From contig OY969801.1 of NCBI GenBank assembly GCA_963703225.1, positions 2,368,001 through 2,432,000 of the forward strand: DNA of 64,000 nt, in the 5' to 3' direction. The position numbers were made by a program, and so were the translations under genes. Shown one piece after another: positions 32,694-42,417 of this stretch. This stretch comes from Candidatus Eiseniibacteriota bacterium (GTDB taxonomy: Bacteria > Eisenbacteria > RBG-16-71-46 > SZUA-252). How positions within the stretch are numbered: the first letter of the stretch is position 1; each line of letters opens with the position of its first letter. The notes under the pieces are model-generated. The model searched no databases. It saw nothing but the letters and a program-made list of their open reading frames with translations, and was not told where the DNA came from.

Positions 32694-33721
32694 AGACTAT
32701 GGAACGAAGCCATGCACCCGCGGCTGGATCGGCGGACGTGAAAACGATGACCCTGATCGAGGCCATCACCCAGGGCCTCGCCGAGGAGATGGAGAGGGAC
32801 GAGCGGATCTTCCTGATCGGGGAAGACATCGCGAGCTACGGCGGGGTTTTCAAGGCGACCAAGGGCCTTTACGAGCGGTTCGGCCCGATGCGCGTGATCG
32901 ACAGCCCCATCTCCGAGAACTTCCTCGTGCAGGGGATGGTCGGGGCCGCGATCGCGGGCTTGATCCCCTCCCCCGAGATCCAGTTTGACGACTTCATCTC
33001 GCTCTCGATGGACGGCATCGTGGAGCATGCTGCCAAGATGCGATACCGCTCGGGCGGCATGTTCACCTGCCCGATGGTCATCCGCTGCTGCTACGGCGGC
33101 GCGGTGGGCGGCGGCATCTATCATTCCCAGTCGAACGCCTCCTGGTTCATGCACGCGCCGGGCCTCGTGGTGGTGACCCCGTCGACTCCCCATGATGCGA
33201 AGGGGCTCCTCAAGTCCGCGTTCCGCGGCCAGAACCCGGTGCTCTACTACGAGCACAAGCGGCTCTACCGCACCGTCAAGGGCCCGGTCCCGCAGCACGA
33301 CTACACCGTGCCGCTCGGCAAGGCGACCATCGTGCGGGAAGGCCACCACGTCACGGTCGTTTCGTACGCGCTCATGCTTCATCGCTCGCTGGAGGCCGCC
33401 GAGAAGCTCGCGGCGGAAGGGATCGAGGTCGAGGTCGTGGATCTCCGCACCCTCGTGCCCTACGACAAGGAGACGATCCTCGCGTCGGTCGAGAAGACGG
33501 CGCGGGCCGTGGTCGTCTACGAGAGCTCGAAGACGATGGGGGTCGGCGCGGAGATCGGCGCGATGATCGCGGAAGAAGGGTTTGGATTCCTCGACGCGCC
33601 CGTCCGCCGCGTATCGCCGCCCGACGCGCCCCAGGAGCCGTTCGCGCCGGTCCTGGCCGAACACTATTTGCCCGATGCCAACCGGATCGCCCAGGCGATC
33701 CGCGAAACGGTCGCCTATTAG
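32690..33721 (+). CDS. 2-oxoacid dehydrogenase E1 beta subunit
   Basis: GEDI..YGGVFKAT.GL, DSPISE, EIQF, YHSQS, EHKRLY, VDLRTL; ATGA overlap with thioesterase. Confidence 0.92.
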   Translation: MKTMERSHAPAAGSADVKTMTLIEAITQGLAEEMERDERIFLIGEDIASYGGVFKATKGLYERFGPMRVIDSPISENFLVQGMVGAAIAGLIPSPEIQFDDFISLSMDGIVEHAAKMRYRSGGMFTCPMVIRCCYGGAVGGGIYHSQSNASWFMHAPGLVVVTPSTPHDAKGLLKSAFRGQNPVLYYEHKRLYRTVKGPVPQHDYTVPLGKATIVREGHHVTVVSYALMLHRSLEAAEKLAAEGIEVEVVDLRTLVPYDKETILASVEKTARAVVVYESSKTMGVGAEIGAMIAEEGFGFLDAPVRRVSPPDAPQEPFAPVLAEHYLPDANRIAQAIRETVAY

Positions 33722-33754
33722 CCCGGCCCCTTCGGGCCGGAGTCGGAGGAAGGG

Positions 33755-35143
33755 ATGCCCGTCACCATCGTAGTGCCGCAGCTCGGCGAGAGCGTGGTCG
33801 AGGGCACGATCGGCAAGTGGCTGAAGAAGGTCGGAGATCCGATCGCCAAGGATGAGCCGATCGTCGAGATCATCACCGATAAGATCAACATCGAGCTGCC
33901 CGCTCCGTCCGCCGGAACGCTGGGGCAGATCGCGGTGGCGGAAGGCGTCGTGGCCCAGGTGGGCGATACGCTGGGGGTGATCCTGGGCCCCGGCGAGTCG
34001 CTCCCCGCCGGCGGCGGCGCCAAGGCACCGGCCGCATCGGGAGGAACCACGGCGGCCAGTCCGAGCACGCCCGCGCCCAGCGCCGCATCCAGCGGCTCCG
34101 CACCGGCGCCCTCGCGGCCCGCGCCGGCGCCCGTCATGAGCGGCACCGCCGTGGCATCCGCCGTCGCCAGCGCGCCCTCCACCGATGGGATGCGTCTCTC
34201 GCCCGCGGTTCGAAAGCTCGCCAAGGAGAATAACCTCGACGTTTCGCAGATCCGCGGCTCGGGAATGGGGGGCCGTGTGACCCGCGAGGACGTCCTTTCG
34301 CACCTGGACGCGCGGCGGGTCGCCGTCTCCGCCGGCATCGGCGCCGTCGCACCGGGCCTGGCACCCCTGCCCGCATCCGTGCCCGCGCCGCCCAAGCCGC
34401 TGGCGCCGATTCCCGCTCCCGCTTTCAGCGCCCCCGGGTCGCGCGAAGTCGAGGTGCGCCCGCTCACGAACATCCGCAAGAAGATCGCGGAGAACATGGT
34501 CCGCTCGCGCCACACCACGGCCCACTGCTCGACCTGGGACGAGGTGGACATGACCGCGCTGGTGGAGCTCCGGGGACGGCTCAAGGAGAAGGTCAAGAGC
34601 CAATACGGGCTCCATCTCACCTACATGCCGTTCATCATGCGGGCCGTGACCCGGGCTCTCAAGGAGTACCCGGTCCTGAACGCTTCGATGACGGAGACCG
34701 AGGTCCACTACAAGAAGTACTACAACATCGGCGTGGCGGTGCACCGCGACCAGGGGTTGATCGTGCCGGTCGTGCACGACGCGGACCGAAAGAACCTGCT
34801 CCAGCTCTCCGCCGAGATCGAAAACCTGGGAGCCCGCGCGCGTGCCGACAAGCTCACCCTGGATGACATCCAGGGCGGGACGTTCACGATCACGAACGCG
34901 GGCATGTTCGGAGCGACCGCGTCCACCCCCATCATCAACTACCCGGAAGCCGCCATTCTAGGCGTGCACTTGATCCAGGAGCGAGCCGTGGTTCGGGACC
35001 ACAGAGTCCAGATCCGGTGGATGATGACTCTGGTCATCTCCTTCGATCACCGGTTGGTCGACGGAACGCCCGCCGTGATGTTCCTCCACCGCGTCAAGGA
35101 GCTGCTCGAGGACCCGGATAGCTGGCTCCTAGACTCCATTTGA
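33755..35143 (+). CDS. Dihydrolipoamide acyltransferase E2
   Basis: Lipoyl domain EIITDKI, Ala/Pro linker, SPAVRKLA...GSG.GGRVT.ED, catalytic FDHRLVDG. Confidence 0.95.
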   Translation: MPVTIVVPQLGESVVEGTIGKWLKKVGDPIAKDEPIVEIITDKINIELPAPSAGTLGQIAVAEGVVAQVGDTLGVILGPGESLPAGGGAKAPAASGGTTAASPSTPAPSAASSGSAPAPSRPAPAPVMSGTAVASAVASAPSTDGMRLSPAVRKLAKENNLDVSQIRGSGMGGRVTREDVLSHLDARRVAVSAGIGAVAPGLAPLPASVPAPPKPLAPIPAPAFSAPGSREVEVRPLTNIRKKIAENMVRSRHTTAHCSTWDEVDMTALVELRGRLKEKVKSQYGLHLTYMPFIMRAVTRALKEYPVLNASMTETEVHYKKYYNIGVAVHRDQGLIVPVVHDADRKNLLQLSAEIENLGARARADKLTLDDIQGGTFTITNAGMFGATASTPIINYPEAAILGVHLIQERAVVRDHRVQIRWMMTLVISFDHRLVDGTPAVMFLHRVKELLEDPDSWLLDSI

Positions 35144-35856
35144 TGCCCCGCGCGATTCCGGTCTACGACCTGGGCCTTGTCCCCTACCGCGCGGCCCTCG
35201 CCTTCCAGCACCGCGCGGTTGAAATCCGCTCCCACGGCGACTCCTCCGACGCCCTCTACATAGTCGAGCACGAGCCCGTCCTTACCGTCGGTCGGTCGGG
35301 ACAGGGCGAAAGCCTCCGCGCGGGTTCGGCCGAGCTTTCGCGCCGCGGCATCGAGGTGATCCCGGTCGAGCGCGGCGGGGACGTGACCTACCACGGCCCA
35401 GGCCAGATCGTGGGGTACCCGATCGTTTCTCTGGACGGCCTTCCGGGCGGACGCGACCTCCACCGCTATCTGCGCGACATCGAGCAGGCGTTGATCGATT
35501 GCCTGGGCGCGCTTGGGATGGCGGCGGAGCGCCGCCCCCCCTACACCGGCGTCTGGGTAGGTGAACAAAAGGTCGCAGCGATCGGCGTCGCGGTGCGGCG
35601 ATGGGTGACGTTCCACGGATTCGCGCTCAACCTCGACCCCGATCTGAGCCACTTCGACCTCATCCATCCGTGCGGAATCCGACACCTCGGCGTCGCGTCG
35701 ATCCGGTCGTTGCTCGGGCAGGCACCGCCGCGAGAGACGGTTCTCGCCCACCTGGCCGCCGCGTTTTCGCGAATCTGGGAGCGCCCGGTAGTCTATCCGG
35801 CGCCCCTGGAGTCGATCCCGGACGTCGAGCTGCCCGCCGGGGCCTCCCATGTCTGA
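35143..35856 (+). CDS. lipB: Lipoyl(octanoyl) transferase
   Basis: EHEPVLTVG, RGGDVTYHGPGQIVGYP, KVAAIG, HGFALN, PCGI. Confidence 0.95.
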   Translation: MPRAIPVYDLGLVPYRAALAFQHRAVEIRSHGDSSDALYIVEHEPVLTVGRSGQGESLRAGSAELSRRGIEVIPVERGGDVTYHGPGQIVGYPIVSLDGLPGGRDLHRYLRDIEQALIDCLGALGMAAERRPPYTGVWVGEQKVAAIGVAVRRWVTFHGFALNLDPDLSHFDLIHPCGIRHLGVASIRSLLGQAPPRETVLAHLAAAFSRIWERPVVYPAPLESIPDVELPAGASHV

Positions 35857-37267
35857 CGCGAAGGAGGAGGCCGCCTCCGGCACGCGCGTGGAACGCGATT
35901 CCCTCGGCCCACTCGAAGTCCCCGCCAGCGCCTACTACGGCGTCCAGACGGCGAGGGCGGTCGCCAACTTCCCGATCAGCGGCGAACGACTGCACGTGGA
36001 GATGGTGCGCGCGGTGGCGCGGATCAAGATCGCCGCCGCGCGCGCCAACGCCGAGCTCGGCGAGCTGGATTCCAAGAAGGCCGACGCGATCGTCGCCGCC
36101 GCGGAGGAAATCCTCGCCGGCAAGTACGACGATCAGTTCGTGGTCGACGCCTATCAGGCGGGAGCCGGCACCTCGTTTCACATGAACGTGAACGAGGTGA
36201 TCGCGAACCGCGCCTGCGAGCTGCTGGGCGGGAAGCGGGGCGACTCGGCGCTCGTCCACCCGAACGACCACGTCAACATGGCGCAGTCGACGAACGACGT
36301 GATCCCCACCGCCATCCGCCTGGCGGCCCACGACCTCTCGGGTCCCCTGCTTGAAGAGCTGGGCGCCCTCGCCAAGTCTTTCGACCGGAAAGCCGAGGAG
36401 TTTGCCCACCTCCTCAAGTCAGGCCGCACCCACCTTCAGGACGCCGTCCCCATCACGCTGGGACAGGAATTCTCGGGCTACCGGGAGTGCGTTCTTGGAT
36501 GGAGGTCGTCCGTCGAGAAGAGCCGAGAGGGGCTCCTGGCACTCGGCCTGGGGGGTAACGCCGTCGGCACGGGAATCAACGCGCATCCGAAGTACCGCGA
36601 GCGCGCCGTCGCGCACCTGGCCAAGCTGACCGGTACGCCCTATCGCTCCGCTACAAACCTGTTCGAAGCGATGCAGAGCATGGCGCCATTCGTGCGCGTA
36701 TCGAACGACCTGCGGGGTTTCGCGCTCGATCTCACTCGGATCGCGAACGACCTGCGGCTCCTGGCCAGCGGGCCGACCACGGGACTCGACGAGATCGTAT
36801 TGCCGGCGGTTCAGCCAGGCTCCTCGATCATGCCAGGCAAGGTCAACCCGGTCATCGCGGAGATGGCCAACATGGCCGCCTATCAGGTGCTTGGATACGA
36901 CACCACCGTCGCCTACGCGGCGCAGGCGGGCCAGCTGGAGCTGAACGTGATGATGCCCGTCCTGGCCCACAATCTGCTTCGCTCGCTGGCGCTCCTCACG
37001 CCGACGCTCCGCGTGCTCCGCACCAAGTGCGTGGATGGCATCACCGCGAACGAGGAGATCTGCCGCCGCTACTTCGATCGATCGATCTCGCTGGCGACCG
37101 CCCTGAATCCCTACATCGGCTACGCCAGGGCGGCGGAGGTGGCCAAGGAAGCGGCCCAGACGGGGAAAACCGTCGTGGAGATCGTGCGGGAGAGAAAACT
37201 TCTCACCGAGGAACAGATCGCCAAGGTCTTCTCGCCGGAGGCGATGACCAACCCGGCCGTCCGCTAG
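35849..37267 (+). CDS. aspA: Aspartate ammonia-lyase (class II fumarase/aspartase family)
   Basis: YYGVQT.RA, GAGTS..MN.NEVIAN, QSTND, GRTHLQDA, GSSIMPGKVNPVIAE (aspartase-like rather than FumC KVNPTQ). Confidence 0.82.
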   Translation: MSDAKEEAASGTRVERDSLGPLEVPASAYYGVQTARAVANFPISGERLHVEMVRAVARIKIAAARANAELGELDSKKADAIVAAAEEILAGKYDDQFVVDAYQAGAGTSFHMNVNEVIANRACELLGGKRGDSALVHPNDHVNMAQSTNDVIPTAIRLAAHDLSGPLLEELGALAKSFDRKAEEFAHLLKSGRTHLQDAVPITLGQEFSGYRECVLGWRSSVEKSREGLLALGLGGNAVGTGINAHPKYRERAVAHLAKLTGTPYRSATNLFEAMQSMAPFVRVSNDLRGFALDLTRIANDLRLLASGPTTGLDEIVLPAVQPGSSIMPGKVNPVIAEMANMAAYQVLGYDTTVAYAAQAGQLELNVMMPVLAHNLLRSLALLTPTLRVLRTKCVDGITANEEICRRYFDRSISLATALNPYIGYARAAEVAKEAAQTGKTVVEIVRERKLLTEEQIAKVFSPEAMTNPAVR

Positions 37268-37312
37268 ACGGCCGCGCCCTCCGCCGGCCGGCGATCCATC
37301 AGCGGCCGACTC

Positions 37313-37936
37313 CTACAACTCGAACCCCAACCCGGCGCGAACCTGAACGTTGTTTGTGTTCTCCATGTTGTTCAGGTTGTTCCCTGGAACCACCTGGTAG
37401 GTCCCCGTGACGTTCAGTCGAGTCCGGGGCCCGACCGGGTAGCCCAACCCGGCGCCGACCTGGTACCCGAACTCGGAGCTTTGATCTCCGGATTCCAGCG
37501 CGATCACCCCGTTATCGAACGCGTAATCCCAGGAGAGGCGATACCATCCTGCCCCGCCCTGCGCGAAAAAGCTCGGCCCCACGGTAGCACCCAAATTCAC
37601 ACGAAGAGCCGGATTGACGCGGACGATATGGGACGAGAACTTCTCGTGAAACGTCGTCGCCGTGAGCACGTCGTACGTCTCGGCCTCGGCGGTACCCAAA
37701 TTGTCCATCGAGACCTCGGCTCCCCAGGAGACCATCGGGGTGATGGGCTTCCAGTAGGACGCGCCGAACGAAATGCTCCCGGCCATGGACGCCTCGCTTG
37801 TGCCCAGATTGGTCGAGCACTTCGCGAACCCCGCGTTCAGCTCCAGCGACCCCGCCCCCGACGCCTCGGCGCTTCCAGCGAGGACGGCGATGGCGACCAA
37901 CGCTCCCATCCAAGAGCGGTACCCTACGCGGATCAT
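37313..37936 (-). CDS. Outer-membrane beta-barrel protein (8-strand OmpA/OMP_b-brl-like)
   Basis: Signal peptide MIRVGYRSWMGALVAIAVLAGSAEA; alternating amphipathic strands; ends VRAGLGFEL. Confidence 0.75.
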   Translation of the reverse strand: MIRVGYRSWMGALVAIAVLAGSAEASGAGSLELNAGFAKCSTNLGTSEASMAGSISFGASYWKPITPMVSWGAEVSMDNLGTAEAETYDVLTATTFHEKFSSHIVRVNPALRVNLGATVGPSFFAQGGAGWYRLSWDYAFDNGVIALESGDQSSEFGYQVGAGLGYPVGPRTRLNVTGTYQVVPGNNLNNMENTNNVQVRAGLGFEL

Positions 37937-37987
37937 GTGGAGCCCATCCCTTCTCAGGACCAGCCTGCTTTCCCGGCTCAGGTCGAA

Positions 37988-38022
37988 GCGAAACGGGGTG
38001 GCGCCTCGCGGCACCACCCCGT
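37988..38022 (-). terminator. Probable intrinsic terminator or stabilising hairpin between the two OMP genes
   Basis: Minus strand ACGGGGTGGTGCC-GCGA-GGCGCCACCCCGT followed by TTCGCTT; GNRA loop, short U tail. Confidence 0.6.
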
Positions 38023-38047
38023 CCGTCGTTCCAGATCTCGAATTCGA

Positions 38048-38643
38048 CTACAGGCCGAAGCCGACGCCCGCCTTGAACTCGAGGTAGTTCGTGTTGTCAC
38101 GCGTCGGTCGAAACTCGAGTGCTACTGGCCCATGACGTTCATCTTGGTCTTCGGACCGACCGGGAAGCCCACGCCGGCGCCGAGGTTGAAGCCGAACTTG
38201 CCATCGCTGGCGTCTCGACGTCGCCGAGAACGCTGTCTCTCGATCGTTCGAGCGACACGTTGTAGTAGCCCGCGCCACCCTGAGCGAAGAAGTTCGGGCC
38301 CACCATCGAGCCGAAGTTCGCGCGAATTGCCGGGTTGATGCGGAAGACGCTAGCCGAGAACGCTCGCTCGTCGTCGCCGTTAGTCGATCAGTCGACCGGA
38401 ACCGAGGTTGTCGTACGAGACCTCAGCACCCCACTGGACGGTCGGGGACGCAGAGCGCCAGTAGGCGGCACCAAACGAAATTCCGCCGCCCATGGACTCG
38501 TCGTTCCCCGTGACGTCGGTCGAGGACTTGGCGTAGCCGGCGTTGATTTCCATCGTGCCGACCGGGCCGGCCACCGCGGCCGAGGCAAACGCCGCCACAC
38601 AGAACACCGTCACGAGAACCAAGGTCAGATGAATCCGCTTCAT
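38048..38643 (-). CDS. Outer-membrane beta-barrel protein, paralog of 37313-37936; multiply frameshifted
   Basis: MKRIHLTLVLVTVFCVAAFASAAVA signal; MEINAGYAK...SMGGGISFGAAYW...WGAEVSYDNLG matches neighbour; ends LEFKAGVGFGL; middle broken by several indels. Confidence 0.7.
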
Positions 38644-38752
38644 AGTGCTTCCCCCTCCGTTATAGGTACGACTGTGAACTCCGCCCAAACCCTGGGGCCG
38701 GTTGCCGCGGCCTCCCTGGCCGTATCGGGCCCCATTCCCGTGCTCCGGCCTA

Positions 38753-38780
38753 TGATCGGCAGCCTCTGGGGGAAACTTGA
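38753..38780 (-). promoter_or_regulatory. Sigma28 (FliA/SigD/WhiG)-like promoter upstream of OMP pair
   Basis: Minus strand TCAAGTTT-N12-GCCGATCA versus consensus TAAAGTTT-N11-GCCGATAA. Confidence 0.45.
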
Positions 38781-38842
38781 GACCAACGACGAGACTTTGG
38801 CGGAAGAAGCGGGGTTGGTTTAAGCCGTTGTCTCAGTGATAG

Positions 38843-40120
38843 TTACGCCTCTGGAATTTCCACTTCGGCGCGCGGAACGCTGGCTTCCTCGACATTCCTG
38901 AAGAAGATCCAATAGAGGATCGATGCGGCCACATAGAGCGCCGCGGCGATGAGGAGCGGCTCTGCGTAGCCCTTTCGCTCGATCAGCGCGCCCCCGATGT
39001 CGGCGCTCACGCTCCATGAGAGGAACCAGGAGAGGGAAAGGAGGCTGTTCGTGATGGCGTGGTCGCGCTCGGGCACGACCTCCATCGCGAAGTGGGAGAC
39101 GAGCGGCTGATTCATGTTCATGATCGCGCTCCGCAGAAAGAACGAGGCCGCGACCAGGGGGAAATTGGTCGAGATCGCGAGCACCACCATGAACGGGACC
39201 GAGAGGAGCTGGGTCGCGACCACGCCCCCGACCAGCCCCAGCCGCCGCGAGATCGCCGGACCGAAAAAGTTGCCCAAGACCATGAATCCCTGCATCACGC
39301 TGAAGAGGATCCCGATCTGCGCCTCGGCCAGCCCGAACCGGTCCCGGAAGTAGAGGTTCAGGAACGGGATGATCAGCCCGGCCCCCAGCCCGATGAGCGC
39401 CGCGGGAAGGATCAGCTTGAGATGAAGGCTCCAGTTAATTTCCAATATTTCGCGGAGCTGCTCCAGCGGTCCCGGCGGCGGGAGCGCGCCCGGCTCCGCC
39501 CGCTCCCGCATGGCGGCGAAGGGTAGAGCGGAGAGAAGCGTCAAGCCGCAGCCGGCGAAGAGCGTCCACCGGAGCGTGTCCTGGTCGACGTCGGTGAAGG
39601 AACGGAAGAAGTGCGGCAGGGCGCCCCCCACGATCGACCCGACGATCGCGGCGGCAAAAACCGCGCCGAATGCCGCGCTGAAGAGGAACGGGCGAGCGCC
39701 GGACGTTGTCTCTCGCATCACGACCGGAGCGATCGAGAGGCGGAACAGGGTAATGACCATTCCGGTCAGGAACGCGGCGAGAAGGAGAGCCTCGGGAGCG
39801 GTAAGGGTGGCCTGGAGCACGTAGCCGGCCGCCGTGAGCGCGCCCGCGAGGACCAGGAGCGTGCGGGCCGGGATGCGCCGAAAGAGAAAGGCGGCGGGCA
39901 GCGCCGCCACCGCGGCGCCGATCGATACCTTGGAGAGAATCTGGCCGATGGCGGAGTCGGAGAGGCCGAGCGTTCGCAGGTAGAGATTGAAGATGAGCGA
40001 GAAGACGGACTGGCCGAGGCCGAAGAGAAAGATGCCGCAGAGATAGAGTTTGGGATTTCTCCCGGAATTCCTGACCTGCGAGACGTACTCTCGAAGCGCG
40101 CTTCCGATTCCTGCGACCAT
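38843..40120 (-). CDS. MFS transporter
   Basis: ~12 TM segments, IFNLYL..LG, GAGLIIPFLNLYF..RFG, FLRSAIMNM.QP; ATG overlaps TGA of upstream phosphoesterase. Confidence 0.88.
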   Translation of the reverse strand: MVAGIGSALREYVSQVRNSGRNPKLYLCGIFLFGLGQSVFSLIFNLYLRTLGLSDSAIGQILSKVSIGAAVAALPAAFLFRRIPARTLLVLAGALTAAGYVLQATLTAPEALLLAAFLTGMVITLFRLSIAPVVMRETTSGARPFLFSAAFGAVFAAAIVGSIVGGALPHFFRSFTDVDQDTLRWTLFAGCGLTLLSALPFAAMRERAEPGALPPPGPLEQLREILEINWSLHLKLILPAALIGLGAGLIIPFLNLYFRDRFGLAEAQIGILFSVMQGFMVLGNFFGPAISRRLGLVGGVVATQLLSVPFMVVLAISTNFPLVAASFFLRSAIMNMNQPLVSHFAMEVVPERDHAITNSLLSLSWFLSWSVSADIGGALIERKGYAEPLLIAAALYVAASILYWIFFRNVEEASVPRAEVEIPEA

Positions 40121-40938
40121 CAGAACCGGCCCCGCGCCCGCTCCTTGGCGGGGAGGATTTCGAGGCAGGTGGTCCACCACCCGGTCCGGATCGTCTCGAT
40201 GAACTCCGACGGCAGGCCCTCCTCTACCATTTCCTTCGCGAGCGCTTCCTGATCGTACGCGACCGGGATCAGCTCGGCCGCGTCGGCCCCGGCCGGAAGA
40301 AGCGCGTACCAAACCGCGGTGCGGCCATCGTTCGCGGGGCGGCCCACCGCCCCCACGTTGATGAACCGGCTTCCGTCGGGAAGAGCCCGCTGCCAGTGGA
40401 TCCCCGTGTGGGTGCAGAGGACCTGGTCGGCCTTTGCGTCCCGCGCCAGCCGCGCCAAGAAGACGTCGGACGACCCCGACTCCCACAGAAACTCGTTCAC
40501 CCGACGGGGAGAACCGTGGCAGAGGAGGTATCGCTTGCCGTTTCGCTGGAATCGGATCTCCGACGGCAGTCGCTCGAGCCACCGCCGCTCGCTCTCGGTG
40601 GTGCGCCGGTTGGTGTAGTCGTAGGAGAGCTGGGCGAAGTGGTTGTCGGCCGGATGGGTGTAGCCGCACCCGCAGTCGTTGCGTCGCTCGGCCAGCGAGC
40701 GGTCGTAGTTGCCGGCCATGGTCATGACCCCGAACTCTTCCAGGAGCGGGTAGATCTTGCCTGGATTGGGACCGAATCCCCCGAGGTCACCGAGGCAGAA
40801 GACTTTCTCTGCTCCCCGCGCGCGGGCGTCGGCCAGGACCGCGCGAAGCGCGACGTGGTTGTTGTAAGCGCCTCCGAGGAATGCGAGCGTCCCCTCGAGG
40901 CCTCCGCCATGACCGAGCAGAAGAGCCTCTCCCGACAC
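40120..40938 (-). CDS. Metallophosphoesterase-fold protein with atypical metal motifs
   Basis: LGDLGGFG, GNYD, CGCGY, CHGSP, CTHTG, INVGAVGRP; motif I is GGAYNN rather than DxHxN; GTG start at 40938. Confidence 0.82.
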   Translation of the reverse strand: MSGEALLLGHGGGLEGTLAFLGGAYNNHVALRAVLADARARGAEKVFCLGDLGGFGPNPGKIYPLLEEFGVMTMAGNYDRSLAERRNDCGCGYTHPADNHFAQLSYDYTNRRTTESERRWLERLPSEIRFQRNGKRYLLCHGSPRRVNEFLWESGSSDVFLARLARDAKADQVLCTHTGIHWQRALPDGSRFINVGAVGRPANDGRTAVWYALLPAGADAAELIPVAYDQEALAKEMVEEGLPSEFIETIRTGWWTTCLEILPAKERARGRF

Positions 40939-40958
40939 GCGGCCGCCCCCGGCCTCGT

Positions 40959-41852
40959 CTAGTTCCGGCAGGACGCCCCGGTCGCCCAGCACGTATGGCA
41001 GGCGCCGTAAGCGAGCGGGAACGAGCGCAACGTTTCGCGGAGCGTCTGCCCCATCCGCGCCGCGGGCGTGTCGATCAGGATCGGGCAGACGAAGACGCCG
41101 CGGCTCGTGACCATCCTGCTGCTCGAGCATTGGAGAATCCAGGGATCGAACCCCACCATGTGCTCTCGGGTGAGCCGCTCCTCCGGTGAGTAGCCCCGGG
41201 TGCGCGTCGCTTCGCGTCCGATCCGAAAGAGCGGGAGGATCTTCACTCTCGGTCGGTCGAGACCGATCCCCCTCAAGAACGAGTGAAACTTCTCGCGCAG
41301 CGCGCGGTCCTCCTGGTCGCTCCACGTCTGGGTGGCGGTGATGATCGGGTTGATCCCGGCCCTCGCCAATTCACCGATCCCGAGCAACGTCGCCTCGAAG
41401 GAACCCTCGCCCCGGATCGGATCGTTGGTCTCGGATGTGAGCCCGTCGAGGCTGACGCGCGCCTCGAGCGAGTAGCGGCTCCCCGACGCGAGCCCCGCCA
41501 GCTCACTCGCGCGCGATGCCGTGATCAGGGTGGCGTTCGTCAGCACGGTGGCCGGCCCAACTCGAAGGGAGTCTTCCAAAATCCCGAGGAGGTCCCGGTT
41601 CAAGAACGGCTCCCCGCCGGTGAAATAGAAGTCCTTCACGCCCAGCCCTTCCGCCTCGTCCAGGTACCCGCGCACTTCCGCGCGGGTCATGATTTCGTGG
41701 TCGTGGTTGGTCGGCCCGGACGAGATAAAGCAGTGCGAGCAGGAGAGGTTGCAGAGGCTGCCCGCGACCTGAAACCAGACGGTATCGAGCGAGAGGAGCG
41801 AAACGTGCGGGACCGACGGGGCGCGCAGATCGAGGGAGACCGCCGGCGTCAT
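40959..41852 (-). CDS. Radical SAM protein with Cys-rich C-terminal extension
   Basis: CNLSCSHC (CX3CX2C), FTGGEP, LTNAT, VSLDG; C-terminal QCSSSRM...VCPIL...ACHTC....ASC. Confidence 0.92.
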   Translation of the reverse strand: MTPAVSLDLRAPSVPHVSLLSLDTVWFQVAGSLCNLSCSHCFISSGPTNHDHEIMTRAEVRGYLDEAEGLGVKDFYFTGGEPFLNRDLLGILEDSLRVGPATVLTNATLITASRASELAGLASGSRYSLEARVSLDGLTSETNDPIRGEGSFEATLLGIGELARAGINPIITATQTWSDQEDRALREKFHSFLRGIGLDRPRVKILPLFRIGREATRTRGYSPEERLTREHMVGFDPWILQCSSSRMVTSRGVFVCPILIDTPAARMGQTLRETLRSFPLAYGACHTCWATGASCRN

Positions 41853-41863
41853 GGCGGCGCCGC

Positions 41864-42349
41864 CTAGCGTTCGAGGGTGCCGGGAAGGGTCTCGGTGAAC
41901 CAGTGGATTCCGCTTTGGATGGCGTGCCGCTGCGCCCGGAACCACTCGTAATGCTGATACTCGTCATCGGCGAGCTGCTGATAGGCGCTTCGGGCCGCCT
42001 CATCCGGCGCGCCCTCCGCCAGTTTCTTGTACTTGGCGACGGCCTCCAGCTCCTGCTCCATCGCCATCCCCAACACCTCGACCGCCGTGGCGTTGGTGGT
42101 GGGAATCGGCGCGTGCTCGTGGGGCAGCTTGGTGGGCTCAAAGCGGAACCGTTTGCCGGTCAGGACTTTCCACCGCTCCTCGAGAATCTCGCGGTGGCGA
42201 AACTCCTCGAGCGCCAGGTGGCGGAACTGCTCCTTGCCCGATGGATCGCGGATCACGTCGACCATCTTGAGGTAGTAGTCATGGGAGGACTGCTCGTCGT
42301 AGATGGCGTCCTCGATGATCTCGAGCACCTTGGGCGGGGCGGACATCAT
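41864..42349 (-). CDS. Ferritin-like/rubrerythrin-family diiron protein without rubredoxin domain
   Basis: AIYDE...Y, LALEEFRH, AMEQE...Y, LADDEYQH. Confidence 0.85.
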   Translation of the reverse strand: MMSAPPKVLEIIEDAIYDEQSSHDYYLKMVDVIRDPSGKEQFRHLALEEFRHREILEERWKVLTGKRFRFEPTKLPHEHAPIPTTNATAVEVLGMAMEQELEAVAKYKKLAEGAPDEAARSAYQQLADDEYQHYEWFRAQRHAIQSGIHWFTETLPGTLER

Positions 42350-42417
42350 AGACAGCGAGGGTATGCTATTCTGCCCTGCCCTTCAACGCCCCTTTCCACC
42401 CCGAGGGATCCAAGACC

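Noticed and set aside
33723..33740. Hairpin CCGGCCC-CTTC-GGGCCGG between E1 beta and E2 as a terminator
   Set aside because: No U-tract and it lies inside an operon; at most an mRNA stability element.
40959..41000. Selenocysteine at the radical SAM C-terminus
   Set aside because: The terminal motif uses ordinary Cys codons and ends at TAG; there is no in-frame TGA.
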